This document shows, one piece after another, positions 61,230 to 64,000 of a stretch of 64,000 nucleotides of DNA (positions are counted from its first letter, which is position 1; each line of letters begins with the position of its first letter). This stretch comes from Paecilomyces variotii. Taxonomy: Eukaryota. Location of the stretch: assembly GCA_004022145.1 (NCBI GenBank), contig RCNU01000001.1. One strand, 5' to 3'. The position numbers were made by a program, and so were the translations under genes. The notes under the pieces were generated by a model. That model saw only the letters and a program-made list of their open reading frames with translations, had not been told where the DNA came from and ran no database searches.

Positions 61230-64000
61230 GGCAGAGGTATGTCGACGAGGATGAAGAAGGCTGCCATGAGCGGCGGCCGTCGACCCCTGCATCCGCTAGA
61301 AGCATAGTGTATAAAGCGAATCGTGTTGCAAGGAATAACAAGAATGATACGTGGAACTTCTCCTTTTTACCATCCTATCCTGAAATCAACCGCAGTAAAC
61401 ACAACATTTTTCGAGTGTTGTTGAACCTTCGCGATCCATTGCAAACCCCGATCGCTATTAGATTCACTGACTTTTTTCTCAAATTTCGGTACCTGATTAT
61501 GGGTCGAGTGGTTCTGGCTGACGATAGAATAGAGAAATAGATAGCATGATGTTTCCAGCGATGAAAATAAGCTCTTGGTCGACCAGATAGAGATTGTTTT
61601 GATCCGGAGAATCTTAAATACTTACAGCCCCACAGTTGATCCTCGGGTAGATATGTGTGTGGGCCAATCGGTGGATCATTTTAGTTCCAAGTTGTTGAAC
61701 ATGGTTATCCGTAGCGTACCAGATAATAATAATCGCAATGTATAGTATTCATAGATCAAGTAACTATATCATCCTACTTTTCCAGCACGCGCTTAATTCT
61801 CTAAAAACGTGGTATGAAAGCCATTGTATAATCACACACAAGAGGCGGCTATACACTGTCGGAAATAGCCATGAGCCAATCGGAACGCAAGACATCCCAC
61901 CCCGACGCCTCCCCCCAACCCATGCGACCGTCCAGGGACAGATTTCAGTACCAATATGCCATTCCATTCAGCCAGCTCTAGCTGAGTATGACGATGTTTG
62001 CGATGTATAGGTGACAGTATGCTCATGTTTGGTGTCCTGTGATGGTCTCGGAGGTGGTTCTGACGTTGGGGATCTTGGAGTCGTTGGTGCAATGACCTGT
62101 TGTGGCAGCGCTGACGTCGGGAGGCTGGGGGCGGTGTCGGCCGGCAATATATGCTGACCTGCCGGCCAGGTACTGGGATTAAAGACGGCCAGCGGAAACG
62201 GGGAGGATGTAGATGCATGTGCAATCTGTGTTGGCAGGTATCGACGGGCAATTACAGCCTCGAATTCAACCGTCTCCGATCGGACTATGAAGAGACAAGT
62301 ATGTTAGATGTGTTTGTTGAGTACTAATACCGTGTTACGGCTACACGGTACCTTGCTCATGTCGGGTGCGACGAGTTTCCCAATAAGTTAGGATTGCTAC
62401 AATAAGAGATGGAATTCCCACAAGAAGAGAGATAACAGAATCAACTGAAAGTGCAGTCATTTTATGGCCATGAATAATAAATTATATGAGCGCGATGTTG
62501 GTCCGTAGTCCTGGGACACCATCCAATTTCTATAGTTGACTGCAGCTGCTGATGGGAGATATATAGCGGCCCGTAGACGAGTAACCGCCTTGACGTCCGT
62601 CGTCTCCCCTTGTTGCGCTAACACATGCTGCGGCAGTGCGACAATGTTGAATGCAGGGCCTATCGTGATTCGACGGGTAAGGAGCTAGAGAAGTCTCAGC
62701 TCCACTCAAGTGCGGGCTTTATAAAACTAAGCTTATTCTGGAAGGAACAAGCTACGTCAATCTACGCCTCCAGACTGTGGTCACTGGCCAGTTGCTTAAT
62801 TCATCCTCCACTAACAGCTTAGGTCGCCAACTAAGCACATAGACAGCTGCAATGGCGGCCATTCACAGCGCCATTGCTCCTTACCAAGCGCCATGCTAAT
62901 GCAGATCGTATATTGCCCTATCATCATCGACATCACTGATTACCGTGGCCCTACAGTTAGGTACAGCAGGCTCATAATAGGCGTCACCGGTTCGGATTGA
63001 TGCTCGAGATAGTATGTCGACGACTCGACTGGGAGCAGCGCCATTTTTACTCGAAGATCAAGCAACCAGCACATATTATGACAGTACTCTCGAGTTCGCA
63101 CATGACAGTTCTAGTCCTTATGTAGTTAATCGGCAGTGGGCGCCGCAGGATCCGGGATACCGACTCGGCCTCGTTGTAGCTCGTCAGACGAGAAACTGCT
63201 TGATGACCTGTGTACTCCTTACTCACAGAGGATCTTTACGCCTCGGAAAATCAATATTAACTAAACCGCTTTGACTCGCTTTGCGCCAATGTGTTCTATG
63301 CCATCATTAATCGGTTTCCACCTTTATGCTCGGTTGCCTCCATCGATTAGACCTGCTAAATTTTGAAAGTGAAGGAGAGGTCTGGATTGGAACAAGGAAT
63401 GGTGTCTCTAGGAAAGTATAACAGGGCGTTTCATGAGTAAATTCAAATTTCTTCGTTTCATGGATGAGTTGAAAGTCTGTACATAATAATAGTACGGAGA
63501 TCTGCGACTGGTAACTATTGCGGTATGGTTTAATTATACAATTGTACGATTAAGCTATACCAAAAATGGATAGATGACCGCCTATCATGCAAACCAAATG
63601 CCTAGATATGACCTCAATATATCCCAATATAGTTATTCCTGATATTAATTCGCTCATCTAACTATTGTCCATGAGAATTTGCATTGGTCCAAAGTGACAT
63701 TCTGCTAGATCTCTATGGACTGTAATGCATGTGCGATCTAGAGCAACCGCGAAGGTGAACTCTGGTGATTTGAGATGTCTATTAACAAACTTGGCAGAAT
63801 GATTCTTACTATTCTAGGAAATTTAGGACAGCGTGCATCCGCAGATCACGATCGGTCGCCTTATGATAATGATTCAGGACAAGATGCCAATCATCTATGG
63901 TACCTAAACTATAGGACAGTTCTCCCCAAAGATCACTGTTTTAAAGTCGTGGAATTGTTCGAATTCAGACGCCCGGATCTAATTCAAGTTAGAATACATA

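Noticed and set aside
61832-62360. Possible spliced Pro/Ser/Thr-rich gene on the minus strand
   Set aside because: An acceptor-like signal exists near 62266, but the only frame-compatible donor is weak (GTAACA) and the product is low-complexity.

Overview
Filamentous ascomycete (Eurotiales-like) genomic DNA with GT-AG introns. About 1-34.5 kb is ordinary gene-dense euchromatin: MFS transporter, PEX13, F-box-like gene, ERO1, alpha/beta-hydrolase, Pal1-family, USB1, DUF3807, a small secreted Cys protein missed by the ORF track, amino-acid permease, DHDPS-family aldolase, SAS4, ankyrin and GNAT genes. Two very AT/TpA-rich blocks are transposons mutated by repeat-induced point mutation (RIP), and their ends can be placed to the base. 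Block 1 (34609-45328) is three-tier nested: a Mutator/MULE DNA transposon (~120-bp TIRs, CAACCGCG TSD) whose transposase is split by a Gypsy/chromovirus (164-bp LTRs, TATAT TSD), which itself carries a 504-bp hAT-like MITE (ATTATTGC TSD). Block 2 (52878-60467) is a second, related chromovirus with different 142-bp LTRs and a CAATA TSD. The ~7.5-kb island between them holds a probable RIP-damaged pseudogene, an intact sugar porter and a secreted GH127/GH146-type glycosidase with a GC-AG intron. All calls come from manual reading and motif recognition; no searches were run. I saw no tRNA, rRNA, CRISPR array or Starship captain.
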